Below are positions 15,807 through 24,094 of a stretch of DNA of 64,000 bases, piece after piece. The stretch lies in the NCBI GenBank assembly GCA_044226875.1, contig JBGAGD010000003.1, forward strand, positions 294,601 to 358,600, in the 5' to 3' direction. The notes under the pieces are model-generated. The model saw only the letters and a program-made list of their open reading frames with translations, had not been told where the DNA came from and did no database searches. The DNA comes from Bacteroidia bacterium (GTDB lineage: Bacteria > Bacteroidota > Bacteroidia > B-17B0 > Aurantibacillaceae). Each line of letters starts with the position of its first letter. Within the stretch, counting starts at the first letter, position 1. Position numbers and translations under genes: made by a program.

Positions 15807-17959
15807 GAATAACAACCAAGAATTATTTTAAAGCCATTAGTGAAGTTGGTTTTGAGAATCTGCCGGAGGTGCTTAAAAAATCTCACTTGGTGATTGAAGA
15901 GAAAACTAACAAAGGCAACGATTGGGGCATTTATGAAAATGATGCCGAGGCAAAAAAGGTGTTTGATTTAGCGTTTGATAAACTTGAGGAATTTATCGAC
16001 CGCAAAGAAGATCTTTCAGGCTTAGATGGCAACCCAATCATTGACAGAGCAAAGAAGGATGCCGCAGGATATAAGGACTTGCCACTCGATAAATTAAAAA
16101 TGATTTATCGTTTGGAACTTGATGCTGAATTGGAAGATGGATTAACTCCCGAAATTAAAATTAGAAAGGCTGCTTTGGAAAAAGCTATTGCTGCTAAAGA
16201 GGGAAAAAGCAATGGTGTATCCGTTAGTTCAAAAAACAAATTTGCAGGTATTAGCAATGAAATAAAATTCATTCACATGTATCTAAATTTCCATGACAAG
16301 GTTCTTTATAAAAATACCATCGGTTTATTTATAGATGATCTTCAAAAAGCAATCACAGAAAAGAAGATTACAAAAAAGTCGCCTGTTGCAAAGGAAATCA
16401 TGGAGATGCAGGAGTCTGCGTTAAAAGCTTTTAATTCCATGCGGAACGCCAAACATATTATGTTGCGTCCTGAAGTAATTAAAAAGCTAAAAGGCATCAT
16501 TGAGAAGTATGAGAATGCTTACGATGATATTGATGAGTCTTATGCAAAAGAAAAAAAGCAAAAGAAGAACTTAAATGGTTTGGGTAATGTTCCGGTAAAC
16601 ATTATGCCGAGTAAGGAATTCACAAACCTTCATTTTAATACAATAGGGTTCACAGGAAAATGGCTTGACTTTATTGGCGATCCTGCTCCGGGTTTTACTG
16701 CGATGGTATTTGGAATGCCTAAGATGGGTAAGAGTTATTTGTGCATTGATTTTGCCGGCTATTTAGCGAGAAATCATGGCAAGGTGTTATACGTTGCCAA
16801 AGAAGAGAAGCTTGATGCTACGTTGCAGAAAAAGTTAAAGGATAAAGATGTTGCTCATGAAAATTTATTTGTATCGGATGCACTTCCTACAGAACTATCT
16901 TCTTATGATTTTATTTTTCTTGATTCTGTAAACAAACTTGGTCTTACTGCGAAAGACCTGGAAAAATTAAAAATGCAAAACAAAGGAAAGTCTTTTGTCT
17001 TTATTTTTCAGGCAACCAAAGGCGGTCAGTTCAAAGGCAACAATGAGTTTCAACATGATGTTGATGTTGTAATTGAAATACCGGAAAAAGGTATTGCAAC
17101 TCAATACGGTCGTTTTAATCAGGGTGGAAAGATGGGAGTATTCGATGATGCGCCCATTGGAGATGTGGAAGAGTTAAATGGTGTCAGAAAAAGCGGAAAG
17201 AACTTGGAAGTTCCAAAGAAAGTATCGAACGTAGACACTATGAAAAAGAAAGCAACAAAAACCGAAGACTGGACTGAGCCGGAACACTTAAATAAAAGTG
17301 ACCATGCAGTTCTTAAAGAAATTAATCGCCTTTATAAAGCAAAGAAATATAAAGAAGCGATGAACCGTGCAATGGAAACGGATACGATTGTTAGGGAGGA
17401 AATCCCCGGAGACATTTGGAAAAAGATGGGTGGTCAGTTAACTAAAACAGGAGAAGAAAGATTAAAAGCAAAACACAGCAAAGCTTCTCCTGAAATAGTT
17501 AAAGCAGAAAAGCCTAAACAAACAATTGTTTTTAATTCTACAATCCGTGCTTTAAAAGGAGTTATTGAGCGTGAGTGGGATCTTGAATTAACGGATGGCG
17601 AGTACATTGAAATTTTAGACATCGCTCAAGAACAAAGCGTAAATTTTTACGATGTTGTAACTGAAATGCATCCGAACCTTACAGCGTTTATGACGCAGAT
17701 GGGGATGGCGTTAAAAGTGTGGGATAAAACTGCCGAGAAATCAAAAGGAAAGTTTGATCCTCGCTACTATGCAAATAGAAAGGATGACGACAACCCTTCT
17801 TTTATCTTTAGTTTAACAAGTAGTAAACTGCTTGCTGAAGCTATCGAAGGAGACTTTGATTTGATTTATTTAGTGCGCAGGGAATTGGCTAACAGGGGGC
17901 AAGATAGCAAGGGAAAATGGGTTGGGTTTGATGAAGCTAAAAGAATCCACAGAATTTAA
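15803..17959 (+). CDS. Multidomain protein with central RecA-superfamily P-loop ATPase (DnaB/RepA/RadA-like core)
   Basis: Walker A GMPKMGKS (nt 16712-16735) and Walker B YDFIFLDSV. FVFIFQATKGGQFKGNNEFQHDVDVVIEI resembles the RadA/DnaB C-terminal core. Flanking ~270-aa N-terminal and C-terminal regions have no recognised motif. Confidence 0.6.
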   Translation: MRITTKNYFKAISEVGFENLPEVLKKSHLVIEEKTNKGNDWGIYENDAEAKKVFDLAFDKLEEFIDRKEDLSGLDGNPIIDRAKKDAAGYKDLPLDKLKMIYRLELDAELEDGLTPEIKIRKAALEKAIAAKEGKSNGVSVSSKNKFAGISNEIKFIHMYLNFHDKVLYKNTIGLFIDDLQKAITEKKITKKSPVAKEIMEMQESALKAFNSMRNAKHIMLRPEVIKKLKGIIEKYENAYDDIDESYAKEKKQKKNLNGLGNVPVNIMPSKEFTNLHFNTIGFTGKWLDFIGDPAPGFTAMVFGMPKMGKSYLCIDFAGYLARNHGKVLYVAKEEKLDATLQKKLKDKDVAHENLFVSDALPTELSSYDFIFLDSVNKLGLTAKDLEKLKMQNKGKSFVFIFQATKGGQFKGNNEFQHDVDVVIEIPEKGIATQYGRFNQGGKMGVFDDAPIGDVEELNGVRKSGKNLEVPKKVSNVDTMKKKATKTEDWTEPEHLNKSDHAVLKEINRLYKAKKYKEAMNRAMETDTIVREEIPGDIWKKMGGQLTKTGEERLKAKHSKASPEIVKAEKPKQTIVFNSTIRALKGVIEREWDLELTDGEYIEILDIAQEQSVNFYDVVTEMHPNLTAFMTQMGMALKVWDKTAEKSKGKFDPRYYANRKDDDNPSFIFSLTSSKLLAEAIEGDFDLIYLVRRELANRGQDSKGKWVGFDEAKRIHRI

Positions 17960-18013
17960 AGTAACTATGAAAAAGTGGAAATGAATTGGGCTACCCCTCT
18001 TCATTTTCATTTT

Positions 18014-18056
18014 GTATTTAAGTATTTGCTTAAATACAATAATAAGCATACATTTG
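18014..18056 (+). promoter_or_regulatory. Candidate ArsR/SmtB operator plus -7 promoter box
   Basis: Perfect inverted repeat GTATTTAAG-N6-CTTAAATAC (18014-18037). TACATTTG (18049-18056) matches TAnnTTTG and lies 20 nt upstream of the ATG at 18076. Confidence 0.45.
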
Positions 18057-18075
18057 TACGTAATTTAAACTCATA

Positions 18076-18453
18076 ATGGAAAAAAGCGCCTGCATAAGAG
18101 TATATGCCGACCGGAGGCAAATTGATCAATGCCGAAAGACTTTGAATGAAAATGCTTCTACATTCCAATCTCTTGGAAAGGTCTTAGAATTAGCGGGCAA
18201 TGAAATTCGTTTAAAAATTCTCTTCCTATTAGAGGAGCAGAATGAACTCTGCCCTTGCGATTTAAGTGATATTTTAGGAATCAGCATTCCGGCAGTTTCG
18301 CAGCATCTTCGAAAAATGAAGGATGGAAACATTGTACAAACGAGGCGTTCTGCTCAAACAATATTTTATTCATTAAAGGAGGAGCATCATAAAATACTCA
18401 AGCCATTTTTCAAACATATCAATAAGGGAAACTTAAAATCTGAAAAAGTATAA
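18076..18453 (+). CDS. ArsR/SmtB-family metalloregulator
   Basis: LKILFLLEEQNELCPCDLSDILGISIPAVSQHLRKMKDGNIV is a winged HTH with an ELCxCDL metal-sensing motif. Confidence 0.8.
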   Translation: MEKSACIRVYADRRQIDQCRKTLNENASTFQSLGKVLELAGNEIRLKILFLLEEQNELCPCDLSDILGISIPAVSQHLRKMKDGNIVQTRRSAQTIFYSLKEEHHKILKPFFKHINKGNLKSEKV

Positions 18454-19061
18454 TGAAACTAACAAACAATATAGACAAGTTCGGAACAATTGGATTGTTC
18501 GTTACTGCAATTTTTTCACCGTGTTGCTTTCCACTTTTTGCTTTCGCTGCTTCTGCACTTGGGCTTGGTAGTTTTGAATTATTTGGAGGATGGACAATGT
18601 GGATTTTTCAAGCGATGGTTTTAGTTTCAATTGGTGGTTTTATTATTTCTTATCGCAAACACCGTTGCACTTATCCTTTATTAATTGCAATTCCAAGCGG
18701 CTTATTAATTTTTTATGGTTATCACTTTAACAATAGTGATTATTGGACTTATTTCCTTTATGCAGGAATGTTGGGGTTACTGATTGCAACCGGAGTAAAT
18801 TATTACAGGAATAGGCTACATGGATCTTGTGAAACTTGCGCTGTTTATAATGGTAAAAAAGTGGAGTTAAAGTCAACTCTTACTTGCCCAAATTGTGGGC
18901 ATAAAAAGGAAGAAATTATGCCAACTGACGCTTGTGCTTATTTCTACGAATGTGAGAGCTGTAAGGCGAGATTAAAGCCCTTAGAGGGTGACTGTTGCGT
19001 TTATTGCAGTTACGGAACAGTTAAATGCCCTCCGATCCAAGCAGGGGATAATTGTTGTTAA
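18453..19061 (+). CDS. MerC-like membrane protein fused to Cys-rich GDCCVxC metal-binding domain
   Basis: Four TM segments with SPCCFP in TM1. The C-terminus carries CETC, CPNC, CAYFYECESC, GDCCVYCSYG and a terminal DNCC. ATGA/TAATG-type coupling to the arsR-like gene. Confidence 0.65.
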   Translation: MKLTNNIDKFGTIGLFVTAIFSPCCFPLFAFAASALGLGSFELFGGWTMWIFQAMVLVSIGGFIISYRKHRCTYPLLIAIPSGLLIFYGYHFNNSDYWTYFLYAGMLGLLIATGVNYYRNRLHGSCETCAVYNGKKVELKSTLTCPNCGHKKEEIMPTDACAYFYECESCKARLKPLEGDCCVYCSYGTVKCPPIQAGDNCC

Positions 19062-19084
19062 TTTTACTTTTGTATTTTTGAGTC

Positions 19085-19876
19085 ATGAAAAAATCAACTA
19101 TTCATATTTCTAAAATGGATTGCCCTTCTGAAGAAAGCATGATCCGTATGAAATTGGATGGTGAGCAATTCGCAAAACTTGATTTTGACATTCCTAATAG
19201 GAATCTATATGTCTATCATGAAGGAGAAATTGGTTCTATGTATCAAGCAGTCAATGACCTTAACCTTGGAGCATCGTTGGTTAGTACTGAGGAAAGCGAG
19301 TTGACTTTTATAAATGAAGATCATTCAAAGGAAAAAAAATTACTTTGGACTGTTTTGTTAATCAATTTTTCGCTCTTCGTTTTAGAGATTATAACTGGAT
19401 TTTTTTCAGGGTCGATGGGATTGGTTGCTGATAGTTTGGACATGCTTGCTGATGCCATCGTATATAGTTTGAGTATATATGCAGTTGGTCATATAGCCTC
19501 TAAAAAGAAAAGAGTTGCGAAAATTAGCGGATACTTTCAGATGGCTTTAGCCTTATTTGGAATAATTGAAGTGATAAGGAGATTTTTAGGATTCGAGGAA
19601 GTTCCGGTATTTCAAACAATGATAGTTATATCGCTTTTTGCTTTAATTGGAAACGCTGTTTCACTATACCTCCTACAGAAGTCAAAAAGTAAGGAAGCCC
19701 ATATGCAGGCGAGCATGATTTTTACTAGCAATGACGTTATAGTAAATATTGGGGTTATTATTGCAGGTATTCTTGTTTACTTCACCAATTCAAAATTCCC
19801 TGACTTAATAATTGGATCAGTCGTTTTCTTTTTGGTTGCAAAAGGAGCTGTTAGAATTCTGAAGTTGGCTAAATAA
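19085..19876 (+). CDS. Cation diffusion facilitator (CzcD-like) with N-terminal MDCPxEE HMA-like domain; no C-terminal cytoplasmic domain
   Basis: ISKMDCPSEESMIRMKL (HMA variant). LEIITGFFSGSMGLVADSLDMLADAIVY is the CDF TM2 signature. The ORF ends right after the last TM segment. Confidence 0.8.
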   Translation: MKKSTIHISKMDCPSEESMIRMKLDGEQFAKLDFDIPNRNLYVYHEGEIGSMYQAVNDLNLGASLVSTEESELTFINEDHSKEKKLLWTVLLINFSLFVLEIITGFFSGSMGLVADSLDMLADAIVYSLSIYAVGHIASKKKRVAKISGYFQMALALFGIIEVIRRFLGFEEVPVFQTMIVISLFALIGNAVSLYLLQKSKSKEAHMQASMIFTSNDVIVNIGVIIAGILVYFTNSKFPDLIIGSVVFFLVAKGAVRILKLAK

Positions 19877-20015
19877 TCCGCTTTATTGAAGGGCAGTTAT
19901 TCATCAGAATCCTAAGTGCTTGAAAATCATCAATAAAGTTCGATAAATCCAACCCGTAGGGTACTTTTAATTTTTTAATCTATATTCATCTTTTTGAAAT
20001 AGATTGATAGAAACG

Positions 20016-20045
20016 ACGGCCATTAAATTTAATGGCCGTTTTTCA
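20016..20045 (+). terminator. Rho-independent terminator
   Basis: ACGGCCATT-aaattt-AATGGCCGT hairpin followed by TTTTTC. Confidence 0.6.
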
Positions 20046-20135
20046 TTTTTGCTTTTTTTCAATATGCTCACAATACGCTTTATTTGGCCTGAAATCTTTA
20101 CCCTTTGAAGAAGTCCAGGTTTGTCATAAAGAATT

Positions 20136-20167
20136 CAAAAAAGCCGTTGACAATTAAGTCAACGGCT
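20136..20167 (-). terminator. Rho-independent terminator (minus strand)
   Basis: AGCCGTTGAC-aattaa-GTCAACGGCT hairpin with an A-run on the plus strand (T-run on the minus strand). Lies just downstream of the minus-strand ORF ending at 20170. Confidence 0.6.
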
Positions 20168-20169
20168 TG

Positions 20170-20676
20170 CTAATGTTCATTTTTTTTGAAGTATTGCATT
20201 AAGCAAAAAGTAATAATAAAAGCCCCTGCTAATCCCTCAAACAACGTTGCGGCTGCAACATTTATAGGATTTGAGTCAATACCAAAAAGATGTCCATTCG
20301 TGGTTAATACATCAGGAAAATAGTAAGTGTAGATCAGCAAAAACAGAGCATGTAGACCAACTGAAACTAAAGAAGCATACATGCCAACTTTGAATCCTTC
20401 GAAATATTCGACATTACCACCTTTACCGTTGGGGCTGATATTTTGAATTGCAAAATATGCTCCAAATCCCAAGAAGAACATATTTAGTACGCTCAATTGA
20501 TGAATCTCAAACTGATGTGTGAAACCACAAAAAGCAAGAAAACTCATTATTAAAAGTACCGAGGTCAAAAAGCCATTCTTTAAACATATTCTATGAATGG
20601 TTTCCTCCGAGTTATTTTTGTGAAACTGCTCATTTTCCGACAAGCTCTTGTTTCTAAATAAATCAAACGTTGCCAT
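20170..20676 (-). CDS. Multi-pass membrane protein, function unknown
   Basis: 168 aa with four hydrophobic segments. Confidence 0.6.
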   Translation of the reverse strand: MATFDLFRNKSLSENEQFHKNNSEETIHRICLKNGFLTSVLLIMSFLAFCGFTHQFEIHQLSVLNMFFLGFGAYFAIQNISPNGKGGNVEYFEGFKVGMYASLVSVGLHALFLLIYTYYFPDVLTTNGHLFGIDSNPINVAAATLFEGLAGAFIITFCLMQYFKKNEH

Positions 20677-20705
20677 AATAATTTATTTTAAGTTTTTAGT
20701 TTAAA

Positions 20706-20730
20706 GGGGGCAGGCAAAGCTCCTGCCCCT
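20706..20730 (-). terminator. Hairpin downstream of the hsp20-like gene
   Basis: GGGGCAGG-caaagct-CCTGCCCC. The T-tract on the minus strand is weak. Confidence 0.4.
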
Positions 20731-20747
20731 ATGTTCTCTTTCTTTTT

Positions 20748-21215
20748 TTAAGTGATTGAGATCTGCTTTGTAATCTTTGCTTTGGAAGGTTCTTTTTTTG
20801 GAACCATGATGTGCAGGATACCATCCTTATAATTGGCGTTAATTTCTTCCGACTTCACCAAGTCTTCCGGCAAATTAAATGAGCGCTTGAAAGACTGGTA
20901 ACTGAACTCCCTGCGGGAATACTTACCATCCTCGCTCTTTTCCTCGGTTTTATTTTCCTTTTCAGCAGAAATGACCAGTGTATTTTGATCGAGTTCAACC
21001 TTAAAATCTTTCTTTTCCATACCCGGAGCTGCCATCTCCAATTCAAAAGCGGATTCTGTTTCTTTAACATTAACTGCTGGAATGGAGTTTCCTTTTGAAG
21101 TAGCCTGGAATGGCAACTGAAAAAGATCTCTGGTTAGAAAATCATCGAATAATGCGGGCAATTCTGGGAACAAATGGTTATTTCCATTACCGTTCCATTT
21201 CATTATTGATTTCAT
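20748..21215 (-). CDS. Hsp20/alpha-crystallin small heat-shock protein
   Basis: PAVNVKETESAFELEMAAPGMEKKDFKVELDQNTLVISAEKE...FSYQSFKRSFNLPE...INANYKDGILHIMVPK. Start chosen at ATG 21215, which is preceded by GGAGG. The track ORF extends to 21251. Confidence 0.85.
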   Translation of the reverse strand: MKSIMKWNGNGNNHLFPELPALFDDFLTRDLFQLPFQATSKGNSIPAVNVKETESAFELEMAAPGMEKKDFKVELDQNTLVISAEKENKTEEKSEDGKYSRREFSYQSFKRSFNLPEDLVKSEEINANYKDGILHIMVPKKEPSKAKITKQISIT

Positions 21216-21271
21216 GTTGTCCTCCTTTTTATTTATGTCGCGACTTAGCACGACGGGTTATTAATTTAGTT

Positions 21272-21778
21272 TTATACTGTTTTTTTCTTTTGATATCCGT
21301 TAGGATATTTTTCTTTTAAAAAGCCTTTTTTAATTGAGTCCATTTGCTGATACATGTTCTCAAATATTTTGTTGTTCAGCTCAAACCTCTTTTGAAAATA
21401 GTCATCGTTGAAAAAATCATACTTGAATAATGAATCGTTAAAGAAAATATTTCGGTTATTCCGATCCATTATATTTGGATAACTTTTTTCAAAGAATGAA
21501 CGAAAGCTGCTAAACACACTATCATTACCAAGGTGCATTGATCCTTTGGGGCTTGAATAGAAGTAAGAGTAAGTAGAGTCAAATTTTACTAAGTTCCCTT
21601 TATCATCGTATTGCCTATTGACTTTTACATCTATTTTTGGCTTAACCGAAGAATCTCCCTTTAACATATTTACTTTTCCTACTTCCGCCAACTGAGAATT
21701 TTCTTTTTTGGTTTGGCCCTCACAACCGGAAAAAACCAAAAAAAGAAGGCTTACAAGCACTATTTTTATTGTTTTCAT
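21272..21778 (-). CDS. Lipoprotein, function unknown
   Basis: Signal peptide plus lipobox LVFSGC. Confidence 0.6.
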   Translation of the reverse strand: MKTIKIVLVSLLFLVFSGCEGQTKKENSQLAEVGKVNMLKGDSSVKPKIDVKVNRQYDDKGNLVKFDSTYSYFYSSPKGSMHLGNDSVFSSFRSFFEKSYPNIMDRNNRNIFFNDSLFKYDFFNDDYFQKRFELNNKIFENMYQQMDSIKKGFLKEKYPNGYQKKKTV

Positions 21779-21836
21779 TTTTTCCTGTTTTAATTACTTA
21801 AATGAATGTATATGTCAATCGAATTTTGAACAAGAA

Positions 21837-22211
21837 TTAAGGTGGTACTTTGATGTCTGCATTGATGCGGTTAAGTAATAGGGCTTTTTGTTTATTGGTC
21901 TTTCTTCTGCTGTGAGAAAGTGATCGAGAAGAAAGTTTGATAGTTTGTGCCTCTGTAAGCAAGATCGCCGAAGTGTTTATGGGAGCAATCGGTAACTTTT
22001 GACGCTCGCTTTGCAGAGGACTTAATATGTAATAGTCTTTGGGACTAAACCTATCGACACAAGATGGTTTAATATTTGAAGCTCTTTCCGGGTTTACACT
22101 TAGTGCATCGCAGGGGGTGATGCTTGTAAGATATGTTGATCTTGGTGTAAGGCCACCTTGAGATGTAAGACCCAAAATGGACAAAACTGATATTAATACC
22201 GACCTTTTCAT
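21837..22211 (-). CDS. Small secreted hypothetical protein
   Basis: 124-aa ORF with an N-terminal signal-like segment. Weak coding evidence. Confidence 0.4.
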   Translation of the reverse strand: MKRSVLISVLSILGLTSQGGLTPRSTYLTSITPCDALSVNPERASNIKPSCVDRFSPKDYYILSPLQSERQKLPIAPINTSAILLTEAQTIKLSSRSLSHSRRKTNKQKALLLNRINADIKVPP

Positions 22212-22654
22212 TTTTCATTTGCTTTAGGTGTTCAACAAAATCTGAAATCGAAGATTTGATATTTATTCTTTCTGTCTTTTCTTATTTAGTTTTTGATTAG
22301 TCATAATCAATAGCTGTACCAAAAGCAAAAACTGAAATTTTGACTTAAAATTTTGTTAATAACCGTTAAAGGCGTACGAAAAAATTTCAGCAGAAAATGA
22401 CAAATTTTCATTTTTAATATTGGGATAAATCAACTCTCACCAATTATAATTGACAGATAATTTACCCGTCTCCAAGCATATAAGGCAATAGAAATCAAAA
22501 AATTAAACAAGTTGGCCCTTTGATAATTTTAATTTTACTCCTCCTTTTTTAAGATATATTGAATAATTTTGAGCCAGGGTTCAGATTCATTCCCCTTGGA
22601 GGTACGAATAAGAGGTATTGGCAAAATTTGAAGATATTGCCAGTTATTATGAGA

Positions 22655-22685
22655 AGGCTACTAACAAAAGTTAGTGGCCTTTTTA
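22655..22685 (+). terminator. Orphan terminator-like hairpin in a 490-bp intergenic region
   Basis: AGGCTACTAA-caaaag-TTAGTGGCCT (10-bp stem, one G-U pair) followed by TTTT. No plus-strand ORF upstream. Confidence 0.35.
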
Positions 22686-22700
22686 ATTAAAATCATATTA

Positions 22701-23723
22701 CTAATATCTTCTTCCACAAATTCTTTCCCACAGATCAATAAAACCTTCTTTAAACTTGGCATTTTTTTCGTTGGGCTGTTCCATACCCATCATTTCTACA
22801 CCATTTTTTTGATACAGTTTGTAATGAAAAATAAATGTTTTTTGCATATCGCTTTCCTCCATATTCGTACGGCCAAATTTTACAGCATACACATTAAGCG
22901 TATCGCCATTGGCTTGTGCAATAGTATATGGGTTGCTAAACCATTTAAGTATTTCTACATCTTTTTTGCTTTTGCTTTGCTGCATTAAATGCATATTACG
23001 CGGATAGCTGTGCCAGGTAATAGGATTTTGCTTGTGTAGCAGGCTAAACTCCCCTACAAAAACAGTACTGTCGTTACTACCAACCGAATACCATAAAATA
23101 TTGTTTAGCATCGTTGGATTAGTTATGTGTGCAGTTGCAGGAATATTATTTTTAGCGATCGATTCCTGAACAAGGTTCTCTGCCTGAACTTTATTTAAAA
23201 AAGTAAAACCCAGGTAAACACCACAATATATTAAGGCAGCAGCAGCGAGTTTGTGCCTGCGTGTTAAATTTTTCCGTTGAAAAAGCGCTATCAAAACCAG
23301 TACCAACATAGGTATCGTAAACAACAGATCAACTATGGCGAGTGTATTTAAAGAATAATTTTCGTTGCTAAAAGGCAATAACAGTTGCGTTCCAAAATTA
23401 GTACACCAATCTAAAAGCGAATGGCCCCATAAACAGGTAAGCATACATAACATCATTTGCTTAAACGAAACTTTTTGCTTAAAAAGTTTAACCAACAACC
23501 ATGCTATTGGTATGGCGTACAGTGTTTCAAAAAATAAAGAATGCGTATGCGCCCTGTGATCACACATATAAGCGCGCGGATCGCTTAACCCGGTGTAAAA
23601 GAGATCAAAATCAGGTAAACTTTTTGCTAATGCACCTACCAGCATTCCCCATCGCCCTATTTTTTTTCCAAGAAACGTTTCGCCTATTGCGGCGCCAATA
23701 ACGATGTGTGATAGCGAATCCAT
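22701..23723 (-). CDS. YdjM-like membrane-bound metal-dependent hydrolase
   Basis: N-terminus MDSLSHIVIGAAIGE, HRAHTHS, multiple TM segments, and a C-terminal soluble extension. Confidence 0.7.
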   Translation of the reverse strand: MDSLSHIVIGAAIGETFLGKKIGRWGMLVGALAKSLPDFDLFYTGLSDPRAYMCDHRAHTHSLFFETLYAIPIAWLLVKLFKQKVSFKQMMLCMLTCLWGHSLLDWCTNFGTQLLLPFSNENYSLNTLAIVDLLFTIPMLVLVLIALFQRKNLTRRHKLAAAALIYCGVYLGFTFLNKVQAENLVQESIAKNNIPATAHITNPTMLNNILWYSVGSNDSTVFVGEFSLLHKQNPITWHSYPRNMHLMQQSKSKKDVEILKWFSNPYTIAQANGDTLNVYAVKFGRTNMEESDMQKTFIFHYKLYQKNGVEMMGMEQPNEKNAKFKEGFIDLWERICGRRY

Positions 23724-23760
23724 TTAACGGGTCTTATCTGGTAAAATTTCGCATCCGGTA

Positions 23761-24006
23761 TTATTTTCCATTTAATAAATGGTGATGATATATAGCAATA
23801 TCTTTAAGCGGGCAAATACCAACATGCATACCAATAATATGACCCGAAATAAGAACTGTAACGCCTGCTATCACCAGGGTTTTGGTCCTCGTTGTTTTTA
23901 AAATAAATATTTGTAGCGCAATAAGCATAGATAAGCCAAGCCTGCTTTTTATAAACGCTTCTATTTTATTTACAAGTCTTTTTATTATGCTAAACATTGA
24001 AACCAT
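23761..24006 (-). CDS. Possible small membrane protein
   Basis: 81-aa ORF with two hydrophobic segments. Weak evidence. Confidence 0.3.
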   Translation of the reverse strand: MVSMFSIIKRLVNKIEAFIKSRLGLSMLIALQIFILKTTRTKTLVIAGVTVLISGHIIGMHVGICPLKDIAIYHHHLLNGK

Positions 24007-24094
24007 AAAAAATCAGAATAACGATGAAACAAAAGTAAGAAAAGATTCGTTTCTTTTAACCATAGTTTAAGATACAGATCACCACTATTTTCTA

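Larger units (their letters stand above)
41..17959 (+). mobile_element. Prophage-like / integrated virus-like module (left end outside window; right edge approximate)
   Basis: About 30 co-directional ORFs with many TAATG/ATGA stop-start overlaps. Contains an XRE-ImmA switch, DUF5131 phage family protein, lysis cassette (PG-binding protein, Amidase_2, holin-like) and Dam methylase. Flanked on the right by unrelated metal-resistance and chromosomal genes. No integrase or att site visible in the window. Confidence 0.55.

Noticed and set aside
17960-18075. Attachment site or tRNA at the right end of the phage module
   Set aside because: No tRNA-like cloverleaf is visible, and no repeat can be matched because the left end is outside the window. 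The boundary is therefore left approximate.
22674-22988. 104-aa plus-strand ORF
   Set aside because: It starts within the terminator-like hairpin and lies antisense to the YdjM-like hydrolase gene.
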